DNA of 64,000 nt, taken from assembly GCF_964204645.1 (NCBI RefSeq), contig NC_134025.1, positions 24,718,299-24,782,298 on the forward strand. Direction: 5' to 3'. Source of the stretch: Tubulanus polymorphus (lineage: Eukaryota; Animalia; Nemertea). Position numbers and translations under genes: made by a program. Numbering within the stretch: position 1 is the stretch's first letter; the number at the start of each line of letters is the position of its first letter. Below the pieces are notes generated by a model, which worked only from the letters and a program-made list of their open reading frames with translations, was not told the origin of the DNA and made no database searches. Positions 1 through 14,600 of the stretch are shown piece by piece.

Positions 1-22
1 GGTCGCTTTGGATCCGCCACTG
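1..22. mobile_element. Probable right terminus of a small non-autonomous DNA transposon/MITE, truncated by the window edge
   Basis: GGATCCGCCACTG is the reverse complement of CAGTGGCGGATCC, a terminus type common in invertebrate MITEs; the partner end is not in the window. Confidence 0.3.
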
Positions 23-54
23 TGTTCATTGAGTTCACCTGCCAAAAGCAATAC

Positions 55-923
55 GGAAGGCAATAGCCACCAAAACATGGTTATATGTCATTCGATAATA
101 AAAAGGTTTAAATAGATGATGAAAACATACAAAAAGATAGTGAAAACATAAGAAAGGGTGATGAAAACATGAAAAACTGTCAAAAGGTGATAAAAAGTCA
201 ATTGATGGTATTTAATCATATTTTCATATTTTATCACCTTTTCATCTTTTACCACCTTTTCATTATCTTTCGACGGTTGCCAATAGCAACCATTCGATGA
301 TACTACTAACGTATTCATGAATTGTCCAAATTTTACAAATATGTGATACATAAAATTCTCACAGTCTAATAAAAGTTAGTAAGTCATCACAATAATGTTG
401 ACGCAAAGATTTTTTTAAGGAAAATTAACATTTCCTTACCAACGTTAAAGGTACTCCGAGAAGTCATGAATGGGAACAAAAATGCCTCAGAATCCAGGCA
501 TTCTTGATAAATTTACAAAAAATGATCAAAATTCATAAGGAAATAATGTATATGTAAAAAAAGGGATTCGAACAAGATAAGTAGGCCCTATATTCAATTT
601 GCTTGGGATTCAAAGATTATAGCGCGACAACGCAGTGCGGAGTAGAGACATTGGAAACCGCAACTCATCTACTGTTTACTAGAAATAGATTGATTGATAG
701 CCTCTATATGCACAGATGGCGTTAGTAGTATCATCGAATGGTTGCTATTGGCAACCGTGGAAAGGTGGTAAAAGATTAAAATATGATAAAATATGAAAAT
801 ATGATAAAATACCATCAATTGACTTTTTATCACCTTTAGACAGTGTTTCATGTTTTCATCACCTATTTAAACCTTTTTATTATCGAATGACATATAACCA
901 TGTTTTGGTGGTATTCGCCTTCC
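55..923. mobile_element. Foldback/MITE-like element with long inverted arms
   Basis: Arm 55-311 (GGAAGGCAATAGCCACCAAAACATGGTTATATGTCATTCGATAATAAAAAGGTTTAAATAG...GATGATACTACTAACG) is the imperfect reverse complement of 720-923 (CGTTAGTAGTATCATC...CTATTTAAACCTTTTTATTATCGAATGACATATAACCATGTTTTGGTGGTATTCGCCTTCC); about 400 bp spacer; no transposase ORF. Confidence 0.75.
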
Positions 924-3900
924 ATAGATGTGCAAGGATTATTGATGGATGTTGTTTTAAGAATGCATAAGAGTCTAGGATACGAAGATGCCTTTATAAC
1001 TCTATTGGGCAGTGAAGGCCTAAACCACAGGTAAAAGTAATACGTCCATGATTTTTGGTTCGAGTCCTTGAAATTATCATCATCCCGAACTTTATCCGAA
1101 TAACCCAGCCATCATCCCTATCGGCAATTCATAACTTCCTAGCTGTGAATTTGCCACTCACATGTTCGATACGTTTTTATTAAGATAAACGATAGCGTAT
1201 AGTTTTACAATCAATACGATGTAAAACTATCCCGATATTATCCAGCAAACCGAAGAAAATGGTATTCATCACGGGATAAAATACCAATACGTTGATGAAA
1301 TGACGATAATAAGATAAGTGACATCTTATGAGAGACTGTGATAGAAGATAATTGAAACGCCACTGGTAGATAAATGAACCAGTGCGTCTTCGTCGACAGG
1401 CACTTTATAACGACTCGGTCAGATAAAAGAGAAAAACAAGTTGTCATTGACATATATTGTTTACTGGTTAGAGGCAAACCAGGCAAAAATGCCAACAAAA
1501 GTGCGCCGAGTCAAATTCGTCCCGTGTGCGGGTGATATTAGTTTTCCAGCGCATTCGTCGTTCGCCGAGTGTCTAATGATTTTCGCCTCAGCGCCAAGTC
1601 CGCTCAGGTGTGCAGCGAACTTTCGCTACTTTCATTCATGCTCAGCAACTGATGATGGCGACTAGAATATTAATTATTTCGGAAAATCGTTGGTTTACTA
1701 CAAGCGTATCACTTGCTGTGATATGTGATTACTAGACTAAATAAAAGCATACGTTTCCCTTGACCTAATACCTAATATGAGAAACCGAATACCCTAACCT
1801 CTCGACCAAGCGCCCAGCTGATTCACGACCTAATGCGACAATGTGACAACTCACAACCCGCACTGCCGAACAGGGTGAGTTGTGGGTAGTGTCGAAATCT
1901 AGTGAATACTACTTATTTTCGACACGGCCAAAATGTATTTTAGAATTATTTTACATATCATGCGCATACATTTGCTACAGCTACTTTGTCGTGAGCATTT
2001 TTCCCGAGAACGGTAGAAGTGATATTCAAAATAATAGTAAGATTACGTAGACGTATGAAACGACCATCCATGGCGTTAAAACTGTGCAAAAAAGAAATCT
2101 CAATCGGTCTTTAACGGGACAGTCGGCTCTCAAACGATCTCATATCGATTTGAAGCCCCAAATGAAGCAATTATTGCAGTGTAAAAAGTTCAATGAATAG
2201 ATAAATTATTTAGGAAATTTACGATAAGATTCAATAGCATTTTTTGTAGCAATTTGTCATATATTTCTCTTCTTGAAGAATGGCTGCGTCTCCCATCATT
2301 AATGCTGATCTTACAAAAAATAACATACATTTAAAAAAAGTATTTCCCTGCTAGACTTAAACGATGAGGCGGCTATTGTTTCAATAGTTTTTAGTAAATT
2401 AAGAAGATGATGCATCGAACCAACATACTACTTACCATATGGATTTCGCTGTGCGTACGATGTTACATTCGAATATATTGGAAACCAAGATTGAGACTTG
2501 AATATAGTTTTCAGAAATATGCGTTTATTCGCGCGCGTCAAGTTTACCGTTTAGACTCAATGGATAAATGATACCGCTCCGTAAACAATACAATGAATTT
2601 AGAAGGTTTAGGCTGACAAACTGACAGTAAACAAATGCTAGCGAAAATAGACTTTGGAATTCTTTAGAAGCAGGTGTAACTGTCTAGTTACCAAGAATAA
2701 TTTTGACTCAGCCATTGTTAAGAAAAGTCTATAAATAAAAATCTGATTAATTTGTTAAGGAGTTCTACGTTTTTTCTCGGGGTATTTGATATATACGTTC
2801 TTAATACACCTTTTTACATGGAGAGCTTACAAGCAATTCCGAAAAATACCTGTGGCAAATTTGAAACCCATCCGGTTTTTCTATATACCCTTCCGCTTGC
2901 TTCATTTTCTCAGTCATTGTGTCAGGTGCAGCCGCTCATGAAAAAGGTCTCTTATAGACGTGTTGTCTACTGTCAGAACTGTGCTTCACTCGACTAACCA
3001 CGCATTTAGATATCGACATGTAAAACCCTTAGGTCGTTTCCGATAGTGGTACTCCAAATATACAAGATGACCTTGAAAGTATACTTTGTTCAGCAGGAAT
3101 TCTAACATTGTTTGTGATTTACATGTGCTTATCAATCTGATATATAATTGTACGGAAAAATGATCGGCGTTTTGGGAAAGAATATGATGTAGGCTTATCT
3201 GCGTTCTCGTACTAGATTCAGAATCCTGTACAAGCGTGATTTTCGTTCTGAAAGAAGCACCTTACCTTCATGAATCTGCAAGAAATATCCCTTCCTTAAG
3301 TTTCCATGCACATTACCCTGCACAGAATTTATGTCACAATATATGATAATACATACTCTATGAATTTAGCATGACCTGGATGATAATGCTCTTGAGGTTT
3401 TGGGGTTGGTTAAACAAAACGTGAATAAAAAGGTTCCCGGTGCGATATGAAGCAAACTTTACTCAATTGATCAAAAGTACTTTATGATATCCCCATTCCG
3501 TGAGAAATGGAAAACGACGAGCTTTGCTTGAAGCAAAATAAACGAGAGATGCAGTTGATTTAATGTAAATGACACATGAAACTATAGTGATAACAAATTT
3601 TTGGTAATCGAGAAATATCTTTCGAAAAAGTTTGCCGAACGGAGTTACGTTATACGATTGGTGCGTCAAGAAATCGGAAGATGGCAGAACGGTTTATTCG
3701 TCAACGAAACAAGTGAAAAATACTTGTATTTTCGAAGGGATTATTCGGATGGTCATTCAGTCTGAGCAGGAGGATATTGGTTCAGAAAACAATGTTATAA
3801 ATTCAAAAAGGTTTTCCCATCAAGGTCAAATCAAAATGAAATCTGATATATGAATACCGAATTTCAGTGCATGTATAGTTGAGTGCATCGTCAGTGCAGT

Positions 3901-4162
3901 CATCATTATTATCAACTCTGACTACTTGATGATCCTCGCAAAATATCCAATCACAGTCATTATCTTTGCGTTAGAAAATTGCGAAATTTGACCGAAAGTT
4001 TTCCATTGATTTTTACGTATTGCCCGCAGTCATTTTCACAAATTATAATGAAAATTCAGAAATCTTTTTTTTATCTTGACGTGAACAGAGGTAATGATAA
4101 GCCTCAACAGGATCCAGTAGCAATTCGCGGTTTCACTGTTCAGACTCTCCAAACCGTGGACC

Positions 4163-5007
4163 ATGAATAACAACTCTTTAGCAGCACCAGCTTACTGGTC
4201 GGCAATCGTGCTCACCAGTTTTTCTGACTTACCACCGAACTTGTTGAGAATATCGTTAATTGCTATGCCAGTTATATTTGTACTCGGTGCCATCGGTAAC
4301 GTGGCGAGTATTGCCATAATGACTAGTGGTTATTTTAGACATTTGTCATTTGCGAACTACCTGGCTGCCTTAGCTGCTTCGGATTTTGCGCGTTATACGA
4401 ATTTGTTTTTGATTTTGCCATGCATTGCAGTTCATGGATCGTGGTCGTGATAGCGTTTGAACGACTAATGTTGGTTCTATTCCCTTTTACTGCTCGTATC
4501 GTCTGCACACCAAATTTTGCTAGGTTGACCGTAGCTGGAGTCTCAATTGTCAACTTATGTATTTCATCCAATACGTTTTTTCTGGTGCATTATTCGGTTG
4601 TTTTCGGTTGTAAATACGGAAGTGCTGAAAGTCAAAACATAATATTTTTCATATCTGTCACGTACGATTATGTCTGTCCAATTTGTTTGACTGCGCTGTT
4701 CAACGTGATCATTATCGTTAAGCTGTGTAGAGAACGAGATTTTGGGTCCGGTGGTTCGAAATCGTCGAAAACTCGACAAACAACCATTATGTTAGTGACA
4801 GTTACCTTATCTTTCGCGGTAACTTCAATACCGAATACAGTAGCAACGTATCTAGATGTGTCGACAATTGAAAACGGTGAATTACTTGTTTCACTGACTA
4901 TTCTTCTCAGTCTCAATTACAATATGAATTTCTATATATATATTCTTGTTGGAAAAGAAGTCAGAAAATATTTGTCACTTCAATGCAAAGCAATTTGCAG
5001 TCAGTAA
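4163..5007 (+). pseudogene. Intronless class A (rhodopsin-like) peptide GPCR of the FMRFamide-receptor-like invertebrate group, with internal deletion and frameshift
   Basis: One frame gives TM1 (IFVLGAIGN) and TM2 (YLAALAASD). A second frame continues FCALYEFVFDFAMHCSSWIVVVIAFER (TM3), TM5 (YDYVCPICLTALFNVIII), TM6 (TTIMLVTVTLSFAVTSIP) and TM7 (LNYNMNFYIY). The frames join at about 4384-4387 with the second half of TM2 and ECL1 missing and no intron to repair it. Confidence 0.8.
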
Positions 5008-5403
5008 TGCTGGTTTTCAAACCCTTATCACATTTTCGGGTTTGTGATTTTCTGAACAGTATTAAACGTTTCTTAGGAAATTATGCAAATATTACAATGA
5101 ATGGATATCTAAAACCATATTCAATTTAGACGTAGAAGATCGCACTAAACTTAAATTTCATTTTTGGGAATCTATCCGTGCACTGTTTTCATCACACAAT
5201 CTTCACCTAGAGAATTTCAGGTATTTCTGATGATATCTGTATAATGAAGCATATATAATATCATTTGGTTCTCACTTCTACAACCAAACTAGCTTTATTG
5301 GCAAGTCTGATTCGCATACGAGAACCAACATCAGCAGCAACGCTGCAATTTCATTGATTTCCCCTTATTAAGTTGTATGTGCTCATATATTATGTACTGG
5401 TAA

Positions 5404-5411
5404 TGACGTCA
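5404..5411 (+). promoter_or_regulatory. Full palindromic cAMP-response element (CRE) upstream of PC2
   Basis: TGACGTCA about 280 bp upstream of the PC2 ATG, with an ACGTCA half-site about 15 bp further on. Confidence 0.5.
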
Positions 5412-5689
5412 GATCCAACGTCAGAATGCATCCGCAGTGATACAGGGACACCATAACAGCATCGACAAGAAGCAAGCAACTGATCATTGAAAGCTGACAT
5501 ATTTAGTTCACTGAGAATCCCTGCATTGCAAAAAATAAGCAGGGATAGACATCTTTTGTCTCGGGTACGTAAACTCATTTGTAAAGTGACAATTTCTCAA
5601 CGTGCGAACGGTAAATTAAAGAAAAGGGCGAAAAATAGCTTGAAACCGATCAACTCGGACACTGAAGAGGATCGAAGATCTCGTCGGCG

Positions 5690-8600
5690 ATGGTAAACCG
5701 TATATCATGGTGCCTACATAGCTTGCTGTGTATAGGGACGATTTTTCTATCTACAAGTCCGGACAATGTAGAAAGCGCAAAAGATGTGATGACCAACACC
5801 TGGCATGTCCACCTAAACGAGGATGGAGGCTCAGAACAAGCCAAACTGGTCGCCAAAAGGACAGGATTTACGTACATATCTCCGGTAAGTATCAGTGGGT
5901 TTCTAACGCACTATTGAAAATAGTTCGACAAAATCGAAAATGTATCTCGCAAAAATTATAGTAATATAACAATTTTTTATCTCATTTTGATGTCAAACCA
6001 ATATAAAAACCATCGATGGGTGGTTTGTAAAGCATTTTATACGGTAAATGAAGATTATCTATTTGAGAATAATTCACAGAAAATTATGGTGTAGTAGAAA
6101 TTTGACAAATGATTTCTTTCGTGTTGTATCGTGTTACTACTTCCACGTGCTCGTAAACGGCAAATTCTTTTCATACGAAAGCAGATTGTTTCATTCTCGA
6201 CGCTTGAGCTGAGACTTCAAATCTCTCTCGTTTCTGTATGGATCAAAATACGTATATTGTATACCATATAATGCGATGGGGCTGTAGAGGTTTAACTGTC
6301 AATAGTCGTATATTAATAATTCAACGAATCAATTTTCGCTTGCTGGCGGTCATTTTGTCCATTAGTTAACGCAATAGGCTGATCCAGCACATGTTATCAA
6401 CACCCACTGATGGAGAATATCGTGGTTTATAATTCACACATTTAGTCTTTTGTTCGTCGAATTATTTGACGCCAATTCTCACCAAGGTATAACTGCTCTT
6501 AAAACGCCTCAGACGAATATTATTCCCGATGACTAAGACGAATTAAAAGAAATAAGAAAACGAATTTCCTCACCACATCTTTACTTATTAAAGTGTAGGT
6601 TTCATTTAATAAGAATATGTAAATATCAACGTTATCTAAGACAAATTAATAGCATAGATACATAAGATAACTCTCAGTTCCACGGAAAAGGATGGTACAT
6701 GAAAAAACTAAGATAATTTTTACCTAAATGGCTATTGGTCAACAACTGAAACGTTGTGGGTATATAAACGGATATGTCATTTAGATAAAAGTTTTAATTC
6801 ACGAATAATACGAAAAATTCCAAAATATTGCTAGTATTATTTTCTAGGGTAAAAGGGTGAGTGTATGTTTTTCAAAATCGCTCACTGCGCTCCGTAGCCA
6901 ATTTTTAGAACTACTTTTGTGGGTGTGAAACGTCTAGAATTAGACTTTTCACTTAAAGAAGCTTTATGGGCATGCGAATTTCCTGGCAAAGTGGAATTGG
7001 CGTTCCATAAAGGTTTATAAATGTATTCTCCGCCAGTAGGCAAAATGTGACTACCCATCCGTATAAAACTATTTTATGGCCGCCGTGAACGGAAATTGGG
7101 GATGATTGCACGCACCGAATCGCTTCTCTCACCACGTCGCCATGTCGACATGTCACTAAATCCCCTGAGTAAGAATTTCTTCGTACACACCGGAGATGAA
7201 GAAATCGCTCTTCTAGCAATATCTCCATCACCGAAAACTGAAACTACAGTCAATACTATTTTTCCTTTACGAACCATTTACCGAATGAAATACCAAAAAT
7301 GTTCGCCATCGCTTTTTTGCTGTTGGGATATCTGAGCCCACGACCTCCTCCCTAAACTCAGTCAAATTGAGGACACTAATAAGAATCGTCAGAATTTATC
7401 GATTCAAATATTTATTGTCATGAGATTGCTGTTTGCTTTGCCGGTATTGGTATTATTGCTCATTTCTAGGTTTAGCTTTACATGAAGTAAGATTATCAAT
7501 GGAACATCCGGCGCCCACGTCACGATTGCTTCCCGTCGTGGTACTGGTGTTTATGCAAAAGACAGGACCTATATGCTTAATTCATGATACGTTTGAGTGT
7601 GAGACAATACATACAGTATAGATAGGATGCCATGGAAACGAGCTGATCTAATTAGCTTCGCATTAATTCAAGCATTGGCCCTGAATTAGTTATGGCTGAC
7701 GTTCAAGACTTAAGCCTAAAAGCGTAGAAGTTCACAAGAATTTCATATATTTCTTTGCATATTCAGTTGCAAAGACAACAGAAAATCATCAATAGATCAT
7801 AGAGATTTTCAGTGGAATGTAATTCGTTCGATCAACGAATAGTCACCATATTCATATGATATGATAATATTAATCATTCGACTGCTGCTTGGTGAAAGTT
7901 TCTCCGCTCTTTTCCTGAACGTAGATGATAGATTGAAGCTGATAGATTCAAGTGTATTCCCAATGATTATTATGTGCACTAAAAAGAAATTGATGAAGTC
8001 TAAATCGATATATACATATGGAAGTATGTACTTGAGCACCTTGATTAAATACCATCAATTCAATTATTTTCTGCGTCATTGTGATAAAAATTGTGAATCC
8101 TTGTGTCTTTCCTAGCATTATTTTAAGATGATAGAATAGTTTGATGATTTGTTTTCTTCAACATAGCTGGCCTCTTATATAAATGAAGTCTATAAATTCC
8201 TCCTTATTCAAGAAAGAGCAATGGTAGAATTATGTTTGAGTTAATTTCTAAAAAAAGTCGAATATTTTTATTGGGTGGCATATCCTCCAAGAGTCAAGAG
8301 GTCATACATCTACCTAACGAATTCGAAAGAAAACGCAGCAAATTTCCATCATCGCGCTCTGTCGACTACATCCGTAATCATGATAACGGCATTCCGATGG
8401 CAAATGTTTCCTGTGTGATTTTCCATTGGTGAAAGATGATGGTTTTATCCTACTTTGAAGCAGCAACTCAGCTTTGACACGAAAGGCTTATTGGCAACGC
8501 ATACGACCATGACTGAGTGTTTGACATAAGCAGTATTATACGACGACTTACACGATGAAACCCCGATTGTTCGATGAAAACACGATCTCGTCTGAAAGAA

Positions 8601-11600
8601 AACTCGTCGAAATCTTGACATTTCAGACAATGTCACAACTCATTCGCACGTTAATTTCAACGTTTGACTTCTGTGGAGATTCTATGATTGATTAATTATT
8701 CTAGGCTGTGATGAAAGGGAATGTTTCGATCTTGGGTGTATACTTAAGAAACGATTATATCATTTTTTATATTTGCTAATCGCGTGCAGAATAACGATTG
8801 ATTAGGAACGCCGTAGCATTTTTATCGGAGAAAGAAATAGTGGTTTCCCCTGTCCAAGTATGGGGGCAATTTGTACCGAATGACGAATATTCGTGAACAC
8901 AAGCGGTTGACAAAACGGTTTAATAGGAAAATACGCGTATAAAGAGAAAATGGCTAAATAAAGGATGAGAGAATTTCATCATCAGCGACAGCATCCAATC
9001 CCGTCGCTCCGTTCGGCCGTCTGATACGAGCGTTGCTATGGTAACTACTGGTACCTGTTCAAATTGTGCTGTACAGATGGGATTCGTGGGTCGATGGCGA
9101 TAAATAAAGCTGAAATCACGTTCGTAGAAACCGATGATTAGTGATAGAATGTTAATTAATTTCGGTTTACACAACGTACATTTCAAAATAGCTATTCCAA
9201 ATGATCAACAGAAAAATGACTCGTAAGTTTATTGACGCCTATAAGAAAGCATGCATATTATCGACAATGAATATACAATATATATGATTCACAATACAAT
9301 TATTTACAATACCATATACAATACAATATCAAGAATCAACAAAGTTATTTTGAATTTGAATATATCGACGATTGAATTGAATTGTTCGGCAACCAGTCTA
9401 GCCTCAATGTCTTTGCTTTTTGCTTTGGAAAAACGCGCTCCGATATTTGAAAACATGAAATTGTATTGAAATTGAAAATGAGAGTCGTGAAATTAATCAA
9501 ATTACAAAATTAACGCCAAAATTCACAATCGTTATGCCAATTTCGATGACGGAGTGGCGCATCGACTAACACAGTGCCCATAAGGCATCACGTAGTTATA
9601 ATGCATATAAACATTATTGTGAGGGTTTTTATTTCACTGCGTCAAATAAAGATTATAATAAAAAAGACCCTGCCATTCAGTGACACTGTAGATTTGGGCC
9701 ACACTGAAATTTTTTATCGGCCGTAACGTTAAATGTGATTAGAAGAAACAACTTTGGTTCGATGAAATTTTCAAAATTGCATCCAAATACGTCGGAGATC
9801 TTACAATACTTCTATTCAATTCGCGTACTCAGTGTTCGTTAAAGTCTGTAAATGCTCAGTACCGCTATCATATCATATCTTTACTAAGTTATCTACCTCC
9901 AGCAAATCTAATTACAAGTCGTAATGCAGATTCTACTGAAGGAGGGGTATCAAGCCGATACGTACACATATTATTTTCTACCATCAACATCAATTTATGC
10001 ACCACTGCAGTTCTGTCGCCTCGTTTCTGACATTTCCCTCGAGAGAGGATGAGGTTATAAATATAGCGTGCCGTTCATGCGATCAAAAAAATCTTTTCTT
10101 CTTCGTCGGTGGTGGATAATTTAGTTATGTATCAACGTGAGAATGGCCGGGGGAAGGTGGACCTGTCTGAACGGCGGGATGCATAATTTACGACTTTTCG
10201 TCTGAAACTGAACAAAAATGATAAGAAATGAACCTTTCTTCGACTTAACGATGGGCGTGTCTGTGTAGTTATCCACAGCCGGGTCGAATTCGGATTCGTA
10301 TGGCACAAAATAGTCTTAGTTGATATGATTGGGAAATTTTTCGTCGTGCAGCCGCAAATTGACGGTTGCAGATACTTTGCCGACAGCATCGCGCGAATCG
10401 GTTTGTACTGCGCTGCTGTCGACGCGTTTTGTCGTTAAATACGACATGATAGCGCTGCTAAAGACTGGGTGAAAATCTATACCCTTTGGTGGAAAGATTT
10501 TATCGCGTTGTGCTATCAGCGTTTAGTTTAAAATGATCCGAAGTGAACAGGGCTTTTATTGTCTTTCTCAGAAATGATGGGATAAAAATGACGCACGAAA
10601 ATATCGCTCAACTTTTTAGATTAATCAAGGGAAATAACGCATGTCTGCAAAGATAAAAATCCACCCTTCCCTATGTATAATATTATTTAATTTTAGTCAA
10701 ATAAAGTGGCTAAAGCAATACATTTGTATTTGGTAATTTTCTTTTAGGTGCTTGGATCAAAAAAAGAGTTCTATTTTGTACATAAAGCAGTTCCGCATAA
10801 CCGAATGAAGAGAAGTGTTCCTCACACCCGCAAACTACGAGCAGATCCATTGGTAAGTCCTTGGATGGCGGAGGCTACACTCGGGGCGGATTCCCCGAAT
10901 TCCCATATGCGGGGGTTTTCGTATGTCTTGGGAGTGCGTGTTTGTTTTAGAAACACGTCTGCCTGTCATACTAAGCCGCATCGATCATTTGAATAGCGTC
11001 CGCTGAAACAAGTTTATTAGAATCAAATTCATATGGAACATCCAACAGCAAAGTATAAATCATAGCGGATTAACTAAGCGCATAAATAAAGATCTCATTT
11101 GCAATTTACAAAATTATGACTGTAATGTTTTAAAGCTGATGGTATACACATGTTTATCTATTCATTTCGTAGCTGGAGATAATCATTAAGACTATAGCAT
11201 GTACTTGAACTTGTTTCCCTAGCATTTCAGAATATTTATTAGTCTCGGGGTGGATCCAAGTTCAAGAACGAATATGGATACTAAAAGGGTATTACTGATT
11301 GCAATGATCTTTATTCTGGTTATATCACATTTTTTACGAATCTAGGTTAGATTAGCAGTCCAGCAGGCTGGCTTTCGACGTACTAAACGAGGTTACAAGC
11401 CTATTCAACGGGGCGTGCCTTTGAACGGAAATTTCGACGACGGGCACATCAATAACAGACACGATAAATCAGCCCCAAACGATCCACTTTACGGAAAAGA
11501 ATGGTACCTGGTAAGGATCTTTTTTCGTTACAAATAAAGTTACAGAGCTTCATAACGTATCGTTATGCTTTGGAGAAAAATTCTATAATGTCAGATGCCG

Positions 11601-14600
11601 CTACACAGACACCTGAAGGTCAGGGGATGGGAAATATTTGTTTAGACGAGGAGACAACGACGTACAACGTGGGCTTAGACACAACGGTGTCATTTCGTGA
11701 AATTATATATCGCTAATTTTGTATTCTTAGAAAAATGTCGGCCAAGCGGGGGGAATAAAGAAATTGGATCTGAACGTAGAGGCTGCTTGGGCGTTGAATA
11801 TCACAGGCAAGGGCGTCACTACTGCAATTATGGACGACGGTAAGTCATGCGGTTTCGTTACTAATAACACCACATTATCATCAAAGCCCCTTGACATAAA
11901 CGGCTCTCCATCATCATTCACGGCCACTAGCGCAAATCCATGACATATATCCGACGAACCGCAGATTTCTATAAGATCCCTTCAAAAAAGTCATTTCAAT
12001 CGGGAAAAACTGCCAGAAGTAGTTTTTACTGAAGTAGATTTTTTCTTCTTTTCTGCATACGTAACTATCGGGAAACGCAAAAAAAGAATATAGAAATATG
12101 GGTCTGATATCGAAAAAAGTGAATTATAATATCAATTCCTTTTGAATGATTGAAAGATTAGAATATAAAAAATATTTCGAGATTTAGTTCGAATTGAAGA
12201 GCTTCAATGAAATGTCCGGGTCGTCGATTTTTGCTAGTTTACTTTCGTTGCGATACAGACGTTTTAAGTGTTCGGCATAAAATGAACATTCAGATTCGGT
12301 ACCACCGTCACCAATGATTTGTGAACCCACGCACATTTTACTATCGGTAGATAATGACTACTTTGCTTACATGATTGTCAACTGTACACTAGATATGACG
12401 TAAATGATGTTGCTAGTTTTATACGCCGATTGACTTGAATATAAAAACGAAGAAGTCGGCCATTCGCACACTGTTGTGCCCAAGTCTTGGAGAAAAATAG
12501 TATGATAAATAACGCAAAATTGAAGATATAAAATCATTGAAATTTAGCCCGGGATCAATGTCTCGGTCAAGAAACACTTATGATTGTAATGATAATAATG
12601 GCTGAGGGAATTTACTGATTTTTGTGATTCAAGCCTTTTTATGGTGGGCGATTGGGGGATGATTGCACTGACGGGTTCTATTGATGATATACAGAATTCT
12701 ATTGAAATAAGTCTATAATCGGTGATGGTACTTCATTGTTGATAAACTGGTGCGCATATCTAAGTATTTCTAACTATTGCTTGTAACCATAACATCCCTT
12801 TTTCAACATTTCACGATGATTTTCATTTTCTTAAAGGTGTCGATTACATGCATCCGGATATATGGGATAATTACGTAAGTGATATCAGTTTTCTTAAATC
12901 AATGTTTATAACCTTATTGCCATTTCCATTATGGTTTCATTTCAAATTTGATATGTCCGACTATTCATCGGAGATTCATTTAAAAGTAATGCACCCGTGC
13001 TCCAAGCCCACGAACGTTAGCAAAAATAAATTACCGCAACATGATAATGGTGGCTCGGATATGTTTTTGATACTCAATTATGTTTCGCTTAGCTGCAACG
13101 ATGCGGTTTTAAAGGTTAATCCCTGGGGGATTACTCAGCTTGGTGGTGCAAATCCTCGTTTGAGATTTCATGTTTCGTTCGTAACCCTAGACCGTGTACA
13201 CATCGGCTACATTGTGGCAATTTCATCATGATTAATTCAAAAATTACTCCCGCACTGTTACTGGAATATATCAAGCCTAACTACGCAAGCCGCATTCATA
13301 GAACGCTTTGCTCAGTCTGTTGAATGATATTTCGTTCAATAATTGCCAACGGCTCAAGAATACCAATTAATTGCATAGAATACGCACATTCGGTATTGTC
13401 AATAGTACAAATTCGGAATTTTCCTGCCATATTCTTTCGTTAGCAGTCTTGGAACAGAAGAACCGTTATCTCTAACGTTATGTAACGTTCATTCACGCCA
13501 ATTATTCATAAACAGATAGAAAAGATAAGAAAATGTTTATTTTCTTTTTTACTGACTTAAATTGGAAACAGGCCAAATTGCATTAGAAAGAAACCAAAAA
13601 TACATGCTCGGCTCACCTTGACTATTAATGATGGTCCTGTATTTGGACTCGCTGAGAAAAAAGTGATTGATATTAGCGCCGTGTTTGTCCAATCGATTAC
13701 TACAAAGAGACTCATGTTTGGTCGAAAACTGTAGGCGTGGAAATATTTGTTCTTTGTTGTACGAGATGATTAAATCGGGCGATACGGTTTTGTTCGCTTT
13801 CAGAATGCGGAAGCCAGTTACGATTTCAGCAGCAACGACCCGTACCCCTACCCGAGATATACGGACGACTGGTTTAACAGGTAAAATTTGAAATTTATCC
13901 CGCACATTTTCGCTTATCATTCTTCGTCATATTTCATTTCATAGCATAATGAAATATGCATGCAGTCCATTATTACATCAAGATCTTTGCAAATAGTGTT
14001 CATGACTAAATTTACGAATGAATATGGAATTGTTTTATCATTCGCCTACCGTTTGATGAGGTTTCTATGGACACGAGGATTCATTTTGAGGCAATGTATA
14101 AGGCATCTGCGATAGCCCACGCTTTTTCCTACGAACTCCCTTCCTTATAAGACATTCCCAGAATTTGAGACCATCAAATTACGCATTGTTCAAAAATACT
14201 GTATAGTATCTTAACTAAAATCTAAAATTCATTAGTTTATTAATTCCTTGCTGCGGAACACAAAAATAGCAATTATTTATATATTCGAACATTTGAAAAG
14301 TAATTGTTGACCGCAGTAATGATAGACAAAAACTTATCCCGGGTTAACAGCTATCAAAACCAGAGTAATAAAATATTATGTAATATCATTAAACCAAATG
14401 GAATAGTTTTCGTAGGTTAGGGCAAGACCGCTTTAAACGGCAAAGCAATCAATCACGTGGCTATAAGTTTGATTAGGCTTGGACACGAATGTTACGCGTT
14501 TGCGTGTTAGATTCGGTCTTGTTTGTCTTCTGGATAATTCACCACACCTAATCACGAGAAACCTAATATATTTCATGTATTTACAGCCATGGAACGAGAT

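Noticed and set aside
88-851. Short ORFs 88-351 and 669-851
   Set aside because: They lie in the low-complexity arms of the foldback element and have no protein motifs.
1760-1820. Minus-strand TGGTCGAGAGGTTAGG resembling a tRNA A-box/D-arm
   Set aside because: No T-loop/B-box or acceptor stem; at most a decayed SINE head.
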